Under the pieces are notes generated by a model that worked only from the letters and a program-made list of their open reading frames with translations, had not been told where the DNA came from and did no database searches. Of a DNA stretch of 64,000 bases, positions 15,754-47,767 are shown in pieces. The stretch comes from the human T2T-CHM13v2.0 reference genome, Homo sapiens. The stretch is taken from NCBI RefSeq assembly GCF_009914755.1, contig NC_060935.1; one strand, 5' to 3'. A program made the translations under genes and the position numbers. Position 1 is the stretch's first letter; the number at the start of each line of letters is the position of its first letter.

Positions 15754-15813
15754 TATTTGGGCTAAATACTCTAATGGAGATTGTTACTGAAGCCGGCCCC
15801 GGGAGTGGTGAAG
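15754..15813 (+). CDS. MADD: MADD alternative exon 16 (60 nt, 20 aa)
   Basis: cccag|TA TTT GGG; VFGLNTLMEIVTEAGPGSGE; donor G|gtgggt; symmetric phase 1. Confidence 0.93.
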
Positions 15814-16176
15814 GTGGGTCTTGCCTGTGAGCTGTGCATGATCTTTTTTTTTTCTCTAGCATCTTCTGTGCCTGCCCGAGGGCCATCCTTCTCATGGAGC
15901 AAGCAGCGTCACATGAGTGACCTGCTTGCCCCGTCCCCCGTGACGCCCATGCTTGCCCATGGGGCTTGCTGCTGGTGCATGTGGAGTGGCCTGAGTCTCC
16001 ATCCCCACCTCCTCCACATTGCCATGGCTGGTTTCTACCTACGTATGATGCCTTGGTGCTACCCTCACCCAGCCCTTCTGAGGAACGGGCATGGAACATG
16101 GCTACTTAGGGCTGTGCTGGCATGAGCTCCTGTACTACAATAGTGATGTCTCTCATTCCTGCCTTCCCTGCCACAG

Positions 16177-16279
16177 GAAACAGGAGGGCGTTAGTGGATC
16201 AGAAGTCATCTGTCATTAAACACAGCCCAACAGTGAAAAGAGAACCTCCATCACCCCAGGGTCGATCCAGCAATTCTAG
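16177..16279 (+). CDS. MADD: MADD exon 17
   Basis: cacag|GA AAC AGG; [33 protein letters not shown]; donor AG|gtaata; 103 nt. Confidence 0.95.
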
Positions 16280-16652
16280 GTAATAAATGGTAGAGCTGTT
16301 TTAAAAGTTCTCAGGCAGAGGTGGGGTGGTTCCTCTACAGAACTTTAGGGATGCTCAAGAGTGGGAGAGAAGCTCTCAATGGGGTAGATGTAATCAATTT
16401 CTTGCCAGCACTTCTCATTCTGGCTTGATCTCCATGCAACTGAAAGCTTACAGTGTTGAGGGGGGTTAATCAGCAGCGGTGGGTATTTGGACAAATCGCG
16501 TGCTCCAGAGAGGTGGGGATGTGGTGCACTTGGACATTCAGAGACATGGCTTTGTGTTTTACCCCTGGAGGCAGACATCTAGTCTGGGTGAAAGGTGGGG
16601 GTTGCTCTGCAAAGGAGCTGATGACCACAGAAGCGGTGTGTGGACCCTGTAG

Positions 16653-16839
16653 TGAGAACCAGCAGTTCCTGAAGGAGGTGGTGCACAGCGTGCTGGACGG
16701 CCAGGGAGTTGGCTGGCTCAACATGAAAAAGGTGCGCCGGCTGCTGGAGAGCGAGCAGCTGCGAGTCTTTGTCCTGAGCAAGCTGAACCGCATGGTGCAG
16801 TCAGAGGACGATGCCCGGCAGGACATCATCCCGGATGTG
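16653..16839 (+). CDS. MADD: MADD exon 18
   Basis: tgtag|T GAG AAC; [22 protein letters not shown]...IIPDV; donor GTG|gtcagt; 187 nt. Confidence 0.94.
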
Positions 16840-16934
16840 GTCAGTGTTGGGGGTAGGGAATCGGAGTAACTGGAGAGAGGGATGTGAACACCACAGGCAA
16901 TTTGCCAACGCTAGCCCCTGGGTTATTGTTGCAG

Positions 16935-17085
16935 GAGATCAGTCGGAAGGTGTACAAGGGAATGTTAGACCTCCTCAAGTGTACAGTCCTCAGCTTGGAG
17001 CAGTCCTATGCCCACGCGGGTCTGGGTGGCATGGCCAGCATCTTTGGGCTTTTGGAGATTGCCCAGACCCACTACTATAGTAAAG
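16935..17085 (+). CDS. MADD: MADD exon 19
   Basis: tgcag|GAG ATC; [16 protein letters not shown]...THYYSK; donor G|gtaggg; 151 nt. Confidence 0.95.
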
Positions 17086-17395
17086 GTAGGGATCGTACTT
17101 GCTGGGCACCACGCCATCCCTAACTCTGCCACTTGTCTCCTGAAGAGAAAATATATGTGTACCCAGGACACGTTTCCCAGTGCCACGCTGCTTCCCATTA
17201 GGCTTTGGGATTTTATTTTCTAATGCATGTTTATACGCAGTGGGTATTCTTTGTTACGAAAAATAAGACATCAGCTCATCTTTCCTTGAACTTCTTCCAT
17301 TCCGCACCCTCCTGTATCCTGGCTCCTCCCACCTCATATCTGCGCCTTGATTCCTACTCACTACTTCTCTTGACCTCTTGATATTTTTCCCTCAG

Positions 17396-17602
17396 AACCA
17401 GACAAGCGGAAGAGAAGTCCAACAGAAAGTGTAAATACCCCAGTTGGCAAGGATCCTGGCCTAGCTGGGCGGGGGGACCCAAAGGCTATGGCACAACTGA
17501 GAGTTCCACAACTGGGACCTCGGGCACCAAGTGCCACAGGAAAGGGTCCTAAGGAACTGGACACCAGAAGTTTAAAGGAAGAAAATTTTATAGCATCTAT
17601 TG
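17396..17602 (+). CDS. MADD: MADD exon 20
   Basis: ctcag|AA CCA GAC; [15 protein letters not shown]...EENFIASI; donor G|gtacgt; 207 nt. Confidence 0.94.
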
Positions 17603-18454
17603 GTACGTGTCAGTGTGTTTGGTGTGGTGGAGGGGTCCTGGCTTCTTAAATATCCCTTTCTCCTCAATTCATCCAGAATCCTGCCTTTCTCTGCCCCATG
17701 CTTTGCTTCTTAGAGAGGGAAGGGGGCCTGTGTCCATTTCTGGTGGTGTTTCTTTGTACTTCTCTAGTCTTTATGCTTCATCCACAGCCACCCCCCACCC
17801 CGTATCTTAGATGAAGAATGGTAAGTTTTGTTTAGAGGGCCCAATGAGGCTTACTGCAGGGGGTGTGAGCTGTACTCCTGGCCCCTCCTTTTATTTACGT
17901 CTGCATTTCTTCACATAGTGGAGAGAATTCCTGGAAGTGCTCAGGAAGTTTATAGATGCATCTTTGGGCTATAAAATTATGACATTTGTGTCTCTGAAGC
18001 CAGTGTCCTCCCATCCAACCATTATACTCCTCTGGAATGTGCTCCTCTGGGGCATGCCTGGCAACCCCATTTCCCTGGGTTCTGGATCTTTGAGGTATAG
18101 GTTTCCAAGTCAGTTCTTTAAATGCTGCTTCACTGGACTTGATTATAATCTCGTTTACATTTGGTGTTTCTCCGTTCCCACAAAGGCAGTGCCTTAGTGA
18201 GCTTTCTAGGCATCACCTCTGTTTGGCTCACTCCCTGCTTGACCTTGAGTCATCGAGGTTGGATCTTTCTTTTTCTGGTTCTAGGTCCCTAGGCACTCTG
18301 CTTCCAGCTGACATCTCATTGCCATGGCCATTAGCAGTTGCCATATGCTCCCATAAATGGTGACATGGAACCAGATTCCTTTTTAGGGGAGCTACACTTC
18401 CCTAGCCAGCAGAATATTATTCTAGTAGCAGTCAACTCCTGGCTTTCTCCTGCC

Positions 18455-18630
18455 TCATGTGATGTTGTAGAAAATGTACTGACCTGCTAGTCTGGAGATC
18501 TGGAGTTTTAGTCCCATATCAGCCTCCAACTAGGAATGCAACTTTGGGCAAATAACTTCACCTCTCAGGGTATCTGTCTCTTCATCTGGGAAATGAGGAA
18601 ATCATACTAAGTACACTCTGAAGTTCCTTC
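18455..18630. mobile_element. MIR fragment
   Basis: actttgggcaaataacttcacctctc...tcttcatctgggaaatgagg MIR core. Confidence 0.6.
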
Positions 18631-19328
18631 CAGGAAAAGAATTGCTGTGGTTGCCATTCTGTCTGCTTTTCCCTATGAAGATGCTGGTCTTGACCATTTT
18701 ATGTTCTCTGTCACCTCAACTGGAGGCATTTTTCCAGATCACTGGTGGGTAGGGCAGGTAGGGGTGAGTTGGTTTCTTGAGGAGCAATGAGGAGGGATGC
18801 TAACTGCCTGCATGAATTGGCCTTTGTTCAGTCCAGTGAATCAAGCAAAGATTGGTGTTCTTCCTTCTGAAACTCTGGCTGCTTGAGGTGTTCATCTGTC
18901 TCATCTGGAATCTGAAAAATTGCCCTTCCCCAGCTCATTTGGTAGAGAGAGTGTGTGGCATGGTGGGAGTTTAAATGGATCCTAAGTTACATGATCTTGA
19001 TCAAGTGCTCCAGCCTCTTTAGGACCAGTTCCTCATGCAAAAATGAAGGAGCTTTGTTAAGGGCACTTCCAGCTCTAACATTCTGCAGGGTTTTTACTGC
19101 CACATTGGGATTGGAATTAGAAATTTGGAATCTGTTCATGAGTTTGGGTGGAGGGGTTAGATCTCTTGTTTTCTGCCCCTTCTCCCCATGAAGATATCTT
19201 TGTATCTCTTGGTTGGTAATCCAGTGCCTGAGACTGAATCGACTTGGGTGGGTGGGTTTCCATTTCGTCTGTCTGACCAGCCTCTGACTTTCTGTCTTTC
19301 TCTCCTGCTTGCATTGCATCTGGGGTAG

Positions 19329-19382
19329 AATTGTGGAACAAGCACCAGGAAGTGAAAAAGCAAAAAGCTTTGGAAAAACAGA
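19329..19382 (+). CDS. MADD: MADD alternative exon 21 (54 nt, 18 aa)
   Basis: ggtag|AA TTG TGG; ELWNKHQEVKKQKALEKQ; donor A|gtaagg; symmetric phase 1. Confidence 0.92.
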
Positions 19383-20086
19383 GTAAGGAACAAATGCCCT
19401 TTCCTGTTCCCAAGTCCTCCATACCTGCCAACTCCCCAGGCCCAGTTGGGGCAGGCTCCCTTTGTCAGCCCCACCCCAAATTTGCTCTTAGAGCGTGTTT
19501 GGAATGGCAGCAGGTAGGTAGCATGTGACTCCTAGGTGTGTGTAGGCCGCTTCTTTCCCCCTCCCCTCGTGTCAATCAGGCTATAACCAGGTGTCTACTG
19601 AATACAACTCCCCAGAACTTGGTTCTCTGTTGCTTCAGAGTTGGTGGGGAGAATGTTTGCCTATTTTAGTGCCCCCCATTGGCTGATATCTCCCACACCT
19701 GTTAGAAGGCCTGTGGGCACAGTTGGCAGAGATGGTTGCTGTCCCTCCATGTTGAGTCTGTAGCTGCCCCACTCTCTGGTGGCTTGCCTAGGCACGCTTT
19801 CTTGCTTTCTGTCATTCTGTCTTTCTGCCATACCATTGTGGGTGGGTGGGGGACAAGGGGGGTGGTTTTCATCTCAAACATAGAAGTTGTAGGATGGAGG
19901 TAGGCAGTGCCCACCAAAACAGCTGGTGTTTCTTATCTCATCGGGCCCAACCTTTTCTACCTCCTTTAGACACATTTGTTTGGGAAGCATTAAGGGACCT
20001 GGGGACCATTAAATGGTTTCAGGTACCAGTGAAGCTCAGACTCTTGAGTGCCATGGAATGTGGTTTAGACATTTGTTCGTGGAGCT

Positions 20087-20407
<321 letters not shown>

Positions 20408-20668
20408 TAAGATGATTTGCTCAGAATTTTCTCAGGTTGAGAAGATGGCTGGAGAACCCATTGAGACCAGGTCTGATTTGTCCTACTTGGTTCTTAAGGC
20501 ATCTGGGGACCTCTTTTTCCAGTGGGTCCTGAGTGGGGGGTAGTCCTTGGAAAGGTGACTAGGATGGGCTGAACGGGTCTGGGAACAGCCTGTGCTGCCG
20601 TCCCACCCCCTTTACCAGCCTGCCCCTAGCCTTTGTGCACGGAGTAACAGAAGTCTTCCCCTACTCAG

Positions 20669-20769
20669 GGCCTGAAGTAATCAAACCTGTCTTTGACCTT
20701 GGTGAGACAGAGGAGAAAAAGTCCCAGATCAGCGCAGACAGTGGTGTGAGCCTGACGTCTAGTTCCCAG
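20669..20769 (+). CDS. MADD: MADD exon 22
   Basis: ctcag|GG CCT GAA; [33 protein letters not shown]; donor CAG|gtttgt; 101 nt. Confidence 0.94.
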
Positions 20770-20852
20770 GTTTGTGACAACCTTGTTGAAATTTGCAAGT
20801 ATTAAATATGCTGTCTCAGAATACTTCTTTAAGTTAAAATAGAACAGTCAGA

Positions 20853-21560
<708 letters not shown>

Positions 21561-21789
21561 TTAGTATCCATTAAAGATTGTGTTTTCAAAAATTTAGTGA
21601 CATGGGAAACTGTTTAACAAAGCTACCTATAGTGTGACTCCAATTTTATTTTTAAAATGTATTGAGAAAAAACTGAAAGGAAATATACTAAAAACAGTGG
21701 TTAACGTGGGAGGTAGATTTACAGCTTGTTCTTATTTCCTTATTCTTTCATGTATTTTCTACAGTGAGCATGTACTTCTTTAACGCATT

Positions 21790-22100
21790 GTTTTTTGTTT
21801 TTTTGTTTTTTTTTTTTGAGACAGGGTCTCATTCTGTCGCTGCAGCTGGAGAGCAGTGGTGTGCTCTCTGCTCACTGCAGCCTCAAACTCCTGGGCTCAA
21901 GTGATGCTCCCACCTCAGCGTCCTGAGCCTCTGGGACCGCAGGCACCCACCACCATGCCTGGCTAAGTTTGTGTATTTTTTGTAGAGATGGGGTTTCGCC
22001 ATGTTGCCCAGCCTGGTCTCCAACTCCTGGGCTGAAATGATCCTCCCACCTCAGCCTCCCAAAGTGCTAGGACTACAGGCGTGAGCCACTGTGCCCGGCC
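21790..22100 (-). mobile_element. Alu (J-type)
   Basis: ctcctgggctcaagtgat J-like diagnostics. Confidence 0.85.
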
Positions 22101-22284
22101 TATTTCTTTTTTTTATTACATAAGTTGTACATATTTTATATTCTGGAAACAAAAGTTGCTCGTGACTTCTCTAAGGATGATAACAGAAGGGTGGGGATGA
22201 GGAGAAAGAAAAAGGTACAGTATTTCTGTGGGAAACTGAGAGGAGATTGGACACCTCCCCTAATGTTCCTGTGTCTTGTTTCAG

Positions 22285-22368
22285 AGGACTGATCAAGACT
22301 CTGTCATCGGCGTGAGTCCAGCTGTTATGATCCGCAGCTCAAGTCAGGATTCTGAAGTTAGCACCGTG
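22285..22368 (+). CDS. MADD: MADD exon 23 (alternative donors at 22356, 22365, 22368)
   Basis: ttcag|AGG ACT; RTDQDSVIGVSPAVMIRSSSQDSEVSTV; donor GTG|gtaggg. Confidence 0.92.
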
Positions 22369-22685
22369 GTAGGGGAACACCACACTGGCATCTTGGTGGG
22401 TGGGGTGTGGATTTCCCCTTTGGAAAAGGGTGCTACTTTCTCTTTGGAGGCTGCTCTGAGTCTCAGGTCAGCATGGTTCTCATGGTGGAGATGTTTACCA
22501 TCATAGGTGTGTGTATACGAGATTTCACCCAGAGCTTCTCATCTTATAAAGAAGGTACTTCCAGAGGCTATCTGACACACTTTTGAAATTTAATACTTTT
22601 TTATGGTGGCAGGGAGCTCTAACAGCTTGGTATTTCTGGGGCCCATCCCTGGGGACTGTCTCTTACTACCTTTTTTCCTTTCCAG

Positions 22686-22844
22686 GTGAGTAATAGCTCT
22701 GGAGAGACCCTTGGAGCTGACAGTGACTTGAGCAGCAATGCAGGTGATGGACCAGGTGGCGAGGGCAGTGTTCACCTGGCAAGCTCTCGGGGCACTTTGT
22801 CTGATAGTGAAATTGAGACCAACTCTGCCACAAGCACCATCTTT
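22686..22844 (+). CDS. MADD: MADD exon 24
   Basis: tccag|GTG AGT AAT; [20 protein letters not shown]...SATSTIF; donor TTT|gtaagc; 159 nt. Confidence 0.94.
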
Positions 22845-23537
22845 GTAAGCTTTGTTTATTAACAAAACCATTTCTTTAATGGGGGAGGGAAGCAGGCAAG
22901 AAAAGAATGAAAGTTAAGAGACGCTAAAGAGGTAAAGGTTAAATAAGGAAGAGGTAATCTTCTTATATTTGGCTTTAAGGAAAACATTTCTTAAGGCTTT
23001 GTTCAGAGTCATTTGACTCACAATCTGGGGCTTTTAGAACCCTCTCCTGAATCATTGATGAGTTAGGCTCCGTGCCCAGTCACGTAAGGGCTTTGAATCC
23101 TATGTAGTATTAACCCCCAGGTTTAACACAGGCAAAGTAATACCTTTGTGGCAATGTCAGGACAATTACAGCTCTCGTTTAGTACCAGTCTGCCTATTTC
23201 TATGGACTATCCAGTTTTATTTTGGTCACTGCTCTATTTATAAATAAAATAGCATTTTATTTTAGTATATTCCTAACAGTTATTTGAAGTTTTCATTCAT
23301 TAATAAACATCCATGAAGTGATTTACTAAGTGCCAGATTTTGTGCTAAAGAAACAGGGATGAAAAAGGCATGGTTTCTACTCAAGAAGTTTGTGATTCAC
23401 TATATTGCTGTGAGTAGTCTCTTCTAATAGGTGAGGGGAACAATGCCTTAGGAAAAAAGAACTTCCCTAGATCACACAGTAAGCCCATGATCAGCTGGAA
23501 GGAGATGAATTCTTTTTAGTCCTTGCCGTAGACATCT

Positions 23538-24874
<1,337 letters not shown>

Positions 24875-25244
24875 TTCTTTACATATTAGTTCAACCTTCA
24901 CCACAAAATCTAACCATGGATCGTAAAAATTAAATTGGCAACGGGGCTAGCCTGCTATACTTCCTGTTTACTTTTAGATGCTTTTCAAACCAATAAGGAT
25001 GACATTTGTGGTGGAAGGAGCCAGAGTAATAGGAAAATTACTTCTCTTCGCTTAGAAGAAAATCCTCCACCTTGAGCATCTTCTGAACTTTTTACTATAA
25101 GACATCTCAGTGCTTGCTTGTACTCTTCAGCCGCATAACTGTGAAGATAGCAACCATCAGTTTCTCATAAATGGAAGCGGCAGTGAGAACCGTCTACAGC
25201 AGTTTGGCTTCAAGGCCTGTGTAGAGGCCCATTATTCCAAAACA

Positions 25245-33694
<8,450 letters not shown>

Positions 33695-33729
33695 TAGGCT
33701 GTTTTTTTTTGTTGTAACTTTTTAAAAAT

Positions 33730-34812
<1,083 letters not shown>

Positions 34813-34914
34813 TGAAAATCTTTTAATGAATAGAAAATCTACTCAGAAGTAGCAGATGAAGTTAGTGATATTTTTTAGGGTCAGTAAGAGTTGATAGGAA
34901 AGAAGAAATGAACA

Positions 34915-35150
34915 TTTCTCAGTTACTGGCCAGGTGCTAGGCACTGTTAGGTGCCTTATATGTATCTTCAAATTTAATTCTTGTAAAGTAGTCCTATGAG
35001 GTAGGTATTATAACCTTCCTTTGACAGATAAGGAAAATGAGGCTCAGCGAAGCTGATTTCTGTACCTAAGGTCACACAGCTAATAAGAGGCACGGATCTG
35101 AACTTTGGTCAGTCTGATGGCAAACCCTGGGTTCTTTCTGCTGTGTTATG
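34915..35150. mobile_element. MIR
   Basis: cctatgaggtaggtattat...acagataaggaaaatgaggctcag...aaggtcacacagcta. Confidence 0.7.
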
Positions 35151-35435
35151 TTGCTACACAGAGAATTAATCTGATTGTTGTTTTTGTTGCTTTAAAGAGA
35201 AAATAACCTTACAGAGACTAAGGAGTAAAGATAAGTCAAAAATGAAAACTTTATTGTATAGTTTAGGAGGCAGTAACAGAAAGCAGCGTAAGTGGACTTG
35301 CAGAAGCAGGGGTACTGGAGTTTATGTTGCTAATGGATGGTGACTGGTGTGAGAGCCTCTTAGTGAAGTGCGTGGTTTCCTTTGTCTCTATTCATTGCTA
35401 CCTCTGGCCACTGACCTATCACCTCTTCTCTCTAG

Positions 35436-35544
35436 GGTAAAGCCCACAGCTTGAAGCCAAGCATAAAGGAGAAGCTGGCAGGCAGCCCCATTCGTACTTC
35501 TGAAGATGTGAGCCAGCGAGTCTATCTCTATGAGGGACTCCTAG
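35436..35544 (+). CDS. MADD: MADD exon 25
   Basis: tctag|GGT AAA; GKAHSLKPSIKEKLAGSP...YLYEGLL; donor G|gtgaga; 109 nt. Confidence 0.95.
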
Positions 35545-35824
35545 GTGAGAAACACACTGGGAAGGCCCTTTGCACTGGAGAAAGCTGACTCAGCCAGGGG
35601 AGAGGGTCACACTGAACAAGTAGCTGGTTGTCTTTCTGCTGATCTTAATGCTAACATTAGATAGCAGTTTTATACCTGAAGCAAGCGACTTACTGGGTCC
35701 AGAACAAGCAGTGGGTGAAAACTGGACAAGATTGGGTTTTGGTGTTAATCAACAGCCTTTGCCTTTCTGTCTTCCTTTCTTTCCTTTCTTGCTACCATGG
35801 TCCTTCCTGCTCTCAAATTGGCAG

Positions 35825-35887
35825 GAAGGGACAAAGGATCCATGTGGGACCAGTTAGAGGATGCAGCTATGGAGACCTTTTCTATAA
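35825..35887 (+). CDS. MADD: MADD alternative exon 26 (63 nt, 21 aa)
   Basis: ggcag|GA AGG GAC; GRDKGSMWDQLEDAAMETFSI; donor A|gtaacc; symmetric phase 1. Confidence 0.92.
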
Positions 35888-36125
35888 GTAACCACATTTA
35901 TTTGTGTGCTGTGTTCATCCCTCCTCCTTGGGAGGGACTGGGCCTTACTTGGAGGCATCTGGGGCTGGTGGCAGGCATGTTAGATCTGGGGTAGAAAGAT
36001 TGTGTTTCCTTTGCCCTGGAATTTGTAATTATTCCCTTTTATCTGGATTTTACTCTTTATTTTTGTTTGGCAGCTATATTCTTAAATGTTAAATAGGCCC
36101 CCTAAGAAACCTTTATTCTATGCAG

Positions 36126-36246
36126 GCAAAGAGCGTTCTACTTTATGGGACCAAATGCAATTCTGGGAAGATGCCTTCTTAGATGCTGTGATGTTGGAGA
36201 GAGAAGGGATGGGTATGGACCAGGGTCCCCAGGAAATGATCGACAG
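36126..36246 (+). CDS. MADD: MADD exon 27
   Basis: tgcag|GC AAA GAG; [40 protein letters not shown]; donor AG|gtatgg; 121 nt. Confidence 0.96.
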
Positions 36247-36351
36247 GTATGGGGCTTAGGAAACCATTGGGAATCAGCAAACTCAGCCTCCTCCCAGTTA
36301 GTTCTGTGGTCTCCCACTTGAGGGCTGACTTGTGCTTGGTCTTCTCCTTAG

Positions 36352-36457
36352 GTACCTGTCCCTTGGAGAACATGACCGGAAGCGCCTGGAAGATGATGAA
36401 GATCGCTTGCTGGCCACACTTCTGCACAACCTCATCTCCTACATGCTGCTGATGAAG
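36352..36457 (+). CDS. MADD: MADD exon 28
   Basis: cttag|G TAC CTG; [35 protein letters not shown]; donor AAG|gtaatg; 106 nt. Confidence 0.96.
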
Positions 36458-36678
36458 GTAATGTCAATTTTGCTGTGTCCAGCTCCGCTGATCCTAGAGG
36501 GGCAAGGCTTGTTCCTGTCGCCTAAATTTCGGGGTAGCTGGGAAGCTATCAAGGTATCTTAACTTAGGGCTATCTTCTTGATTGAAAGTCTGAGGCCTCT
36601 CTGCCAGCTTACAAATGTTCCATTTATCTGAAGCTGCCAGCCAGTTTTACTAAGGAGTGTTGTAGGAAGAACTGATGA

Positions 36679-37781
<1,103 letters not shown>

Positions 37782-38565
37782 TCAGCACAGCCCTATATCT
37801 TACAGAATTTTCTATAGTTATAAAAAGAGCCACTCATTAACAAAGTAATAGTAGATTTTAACTTGATTTGGTTGTACTTGGTTTTATAGCTGTGGAAGAA
37901 GTATGTTACCAAGTAGAAGAGTTCTGCTCTGAAAGGGAAACATAAATCTGGAGTTGATGGGTAGAAGAGAATTGTTTGGAGAACGAGCCACTGGGTTTCT
38001 CCTCCTTCTGTTCTCCCCAACCTCCCTAAGTGTGAAGGGATCAGTTGATCAAATGCAGAGAATGCCCCCAGCCCCTCTTGGTGTGCTTCATTTCCTGGTG
38101 TAAGTTGCACTGTACTCTGTGGAATTTGGAGGGTACCAGTTGACTCTGGCTGAGAAAGGATGATGATCCCTAACCTTCAGAGATGTCTTGGCTACCCAGT
38201 CTGGTGTTGCCACTCTAAGTCATTGTTTCTGAATTACACTATGAAGAGCCTTGGGTGTTTTTAGAGCCCTTGTAGGGGTGAATGTTGTGGTATTGAGTGG
38301 GGATAGGGAGAAAGTGTCCCCTGGAACCAGAACCGCTCTAAGAGCCACTTTTCTGCAGAAGCTAACTAGAGACAGAGCCAGGACTTTTCTTCCCCTCATG
38401 GTGGCAGAATACACAGTTGAAAGTTTTCTCCCATGTTCAGTGATGTGGTCTTTCAGAATTCCACTTCTCTCAGATGGTGGGAAGCCCACTTGTACATTCT
38501 CTTTTCTCTACCTCAGTCGGGAGGAGAGCAGATCCCTTGTTAAGAGTCATGTGTTGGCTTTTCAG

Positions 38566-38676
38566 GTAAATAAGAATGACATCCGCAAGAAGGTGAGGCG
38601 CCTAATGGGAAAGTCGCACATTGGGCTTGTGTACAGCCAGCAAATCAATGAGGTGCTTGATCAGCTGGCGAACCTG
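38566..38676 (+). CDS. MADD: MADD exon 29
   Basis: ttcag|GTA AAT; [37 protein letters not shown]; donor CTG|gtaagc; 111 nt. Confidence 0.95.
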
Positions 38677-38844
38677 GTAAGCACGTCTGGCCACCCCTTA
38701 GGCTTCCCCATGGGTCATTTCTTGGTTTGTGTCACTTGCAGTCCAGTTCACCCCGTTTTTGAAAATGGAGCAGTTGTCTTTGACTGTAAATGAGGCATTA
38801 GTCCCTGTGTTCTGTGATGGGATTCTCTGTATAAAACCATCGTA

Positions 38845-41918
<3,074 letters not shown>

Positions 41919-42056
41919 TCCCTGGTGACCAGTGGCCAGCAGATGAGACTGTGCTGAGGAAGCCGATATGAATTTGATTGCTGGATGGGGAATTCTTGGC
42001 CCAGAGCCCTCTGAGAGGGATGTATGACTGTCCCTAAAAAATCTCTCTTTCATCAG

Positions 42057-42164
42057 AATGGACGCGATCTCTCTATCTGGTCCAGTGGCAGCCGGCACAT
42101 GAAGAAGCAGACATTTGTGGTACATGCAGGGACAGATACAAACGGAGATATCTTTTTCATGGAG
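42057..42164 (+). CDS. MADD: MADD exon 30
   Basis: atcag|AAT GGA; [36 protein letters not shown]; donor GAG|gtaggt; 108 nt. Confidence 0.96.
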
Positions 42165-42299
42165 GTAGGTGCTGGTTCATGCTGGGGGCCCAAAGGGCTA
42201 TTGAGAGTCACAGGGAACTCATAGGACCGATGCCAGGATATTTTTCTCATTTATCTCATTCATCTTCATGATCTATTTATCATTAAATTATCAGATTGG

Positions 42300-47767
<5,468 letters not shown>

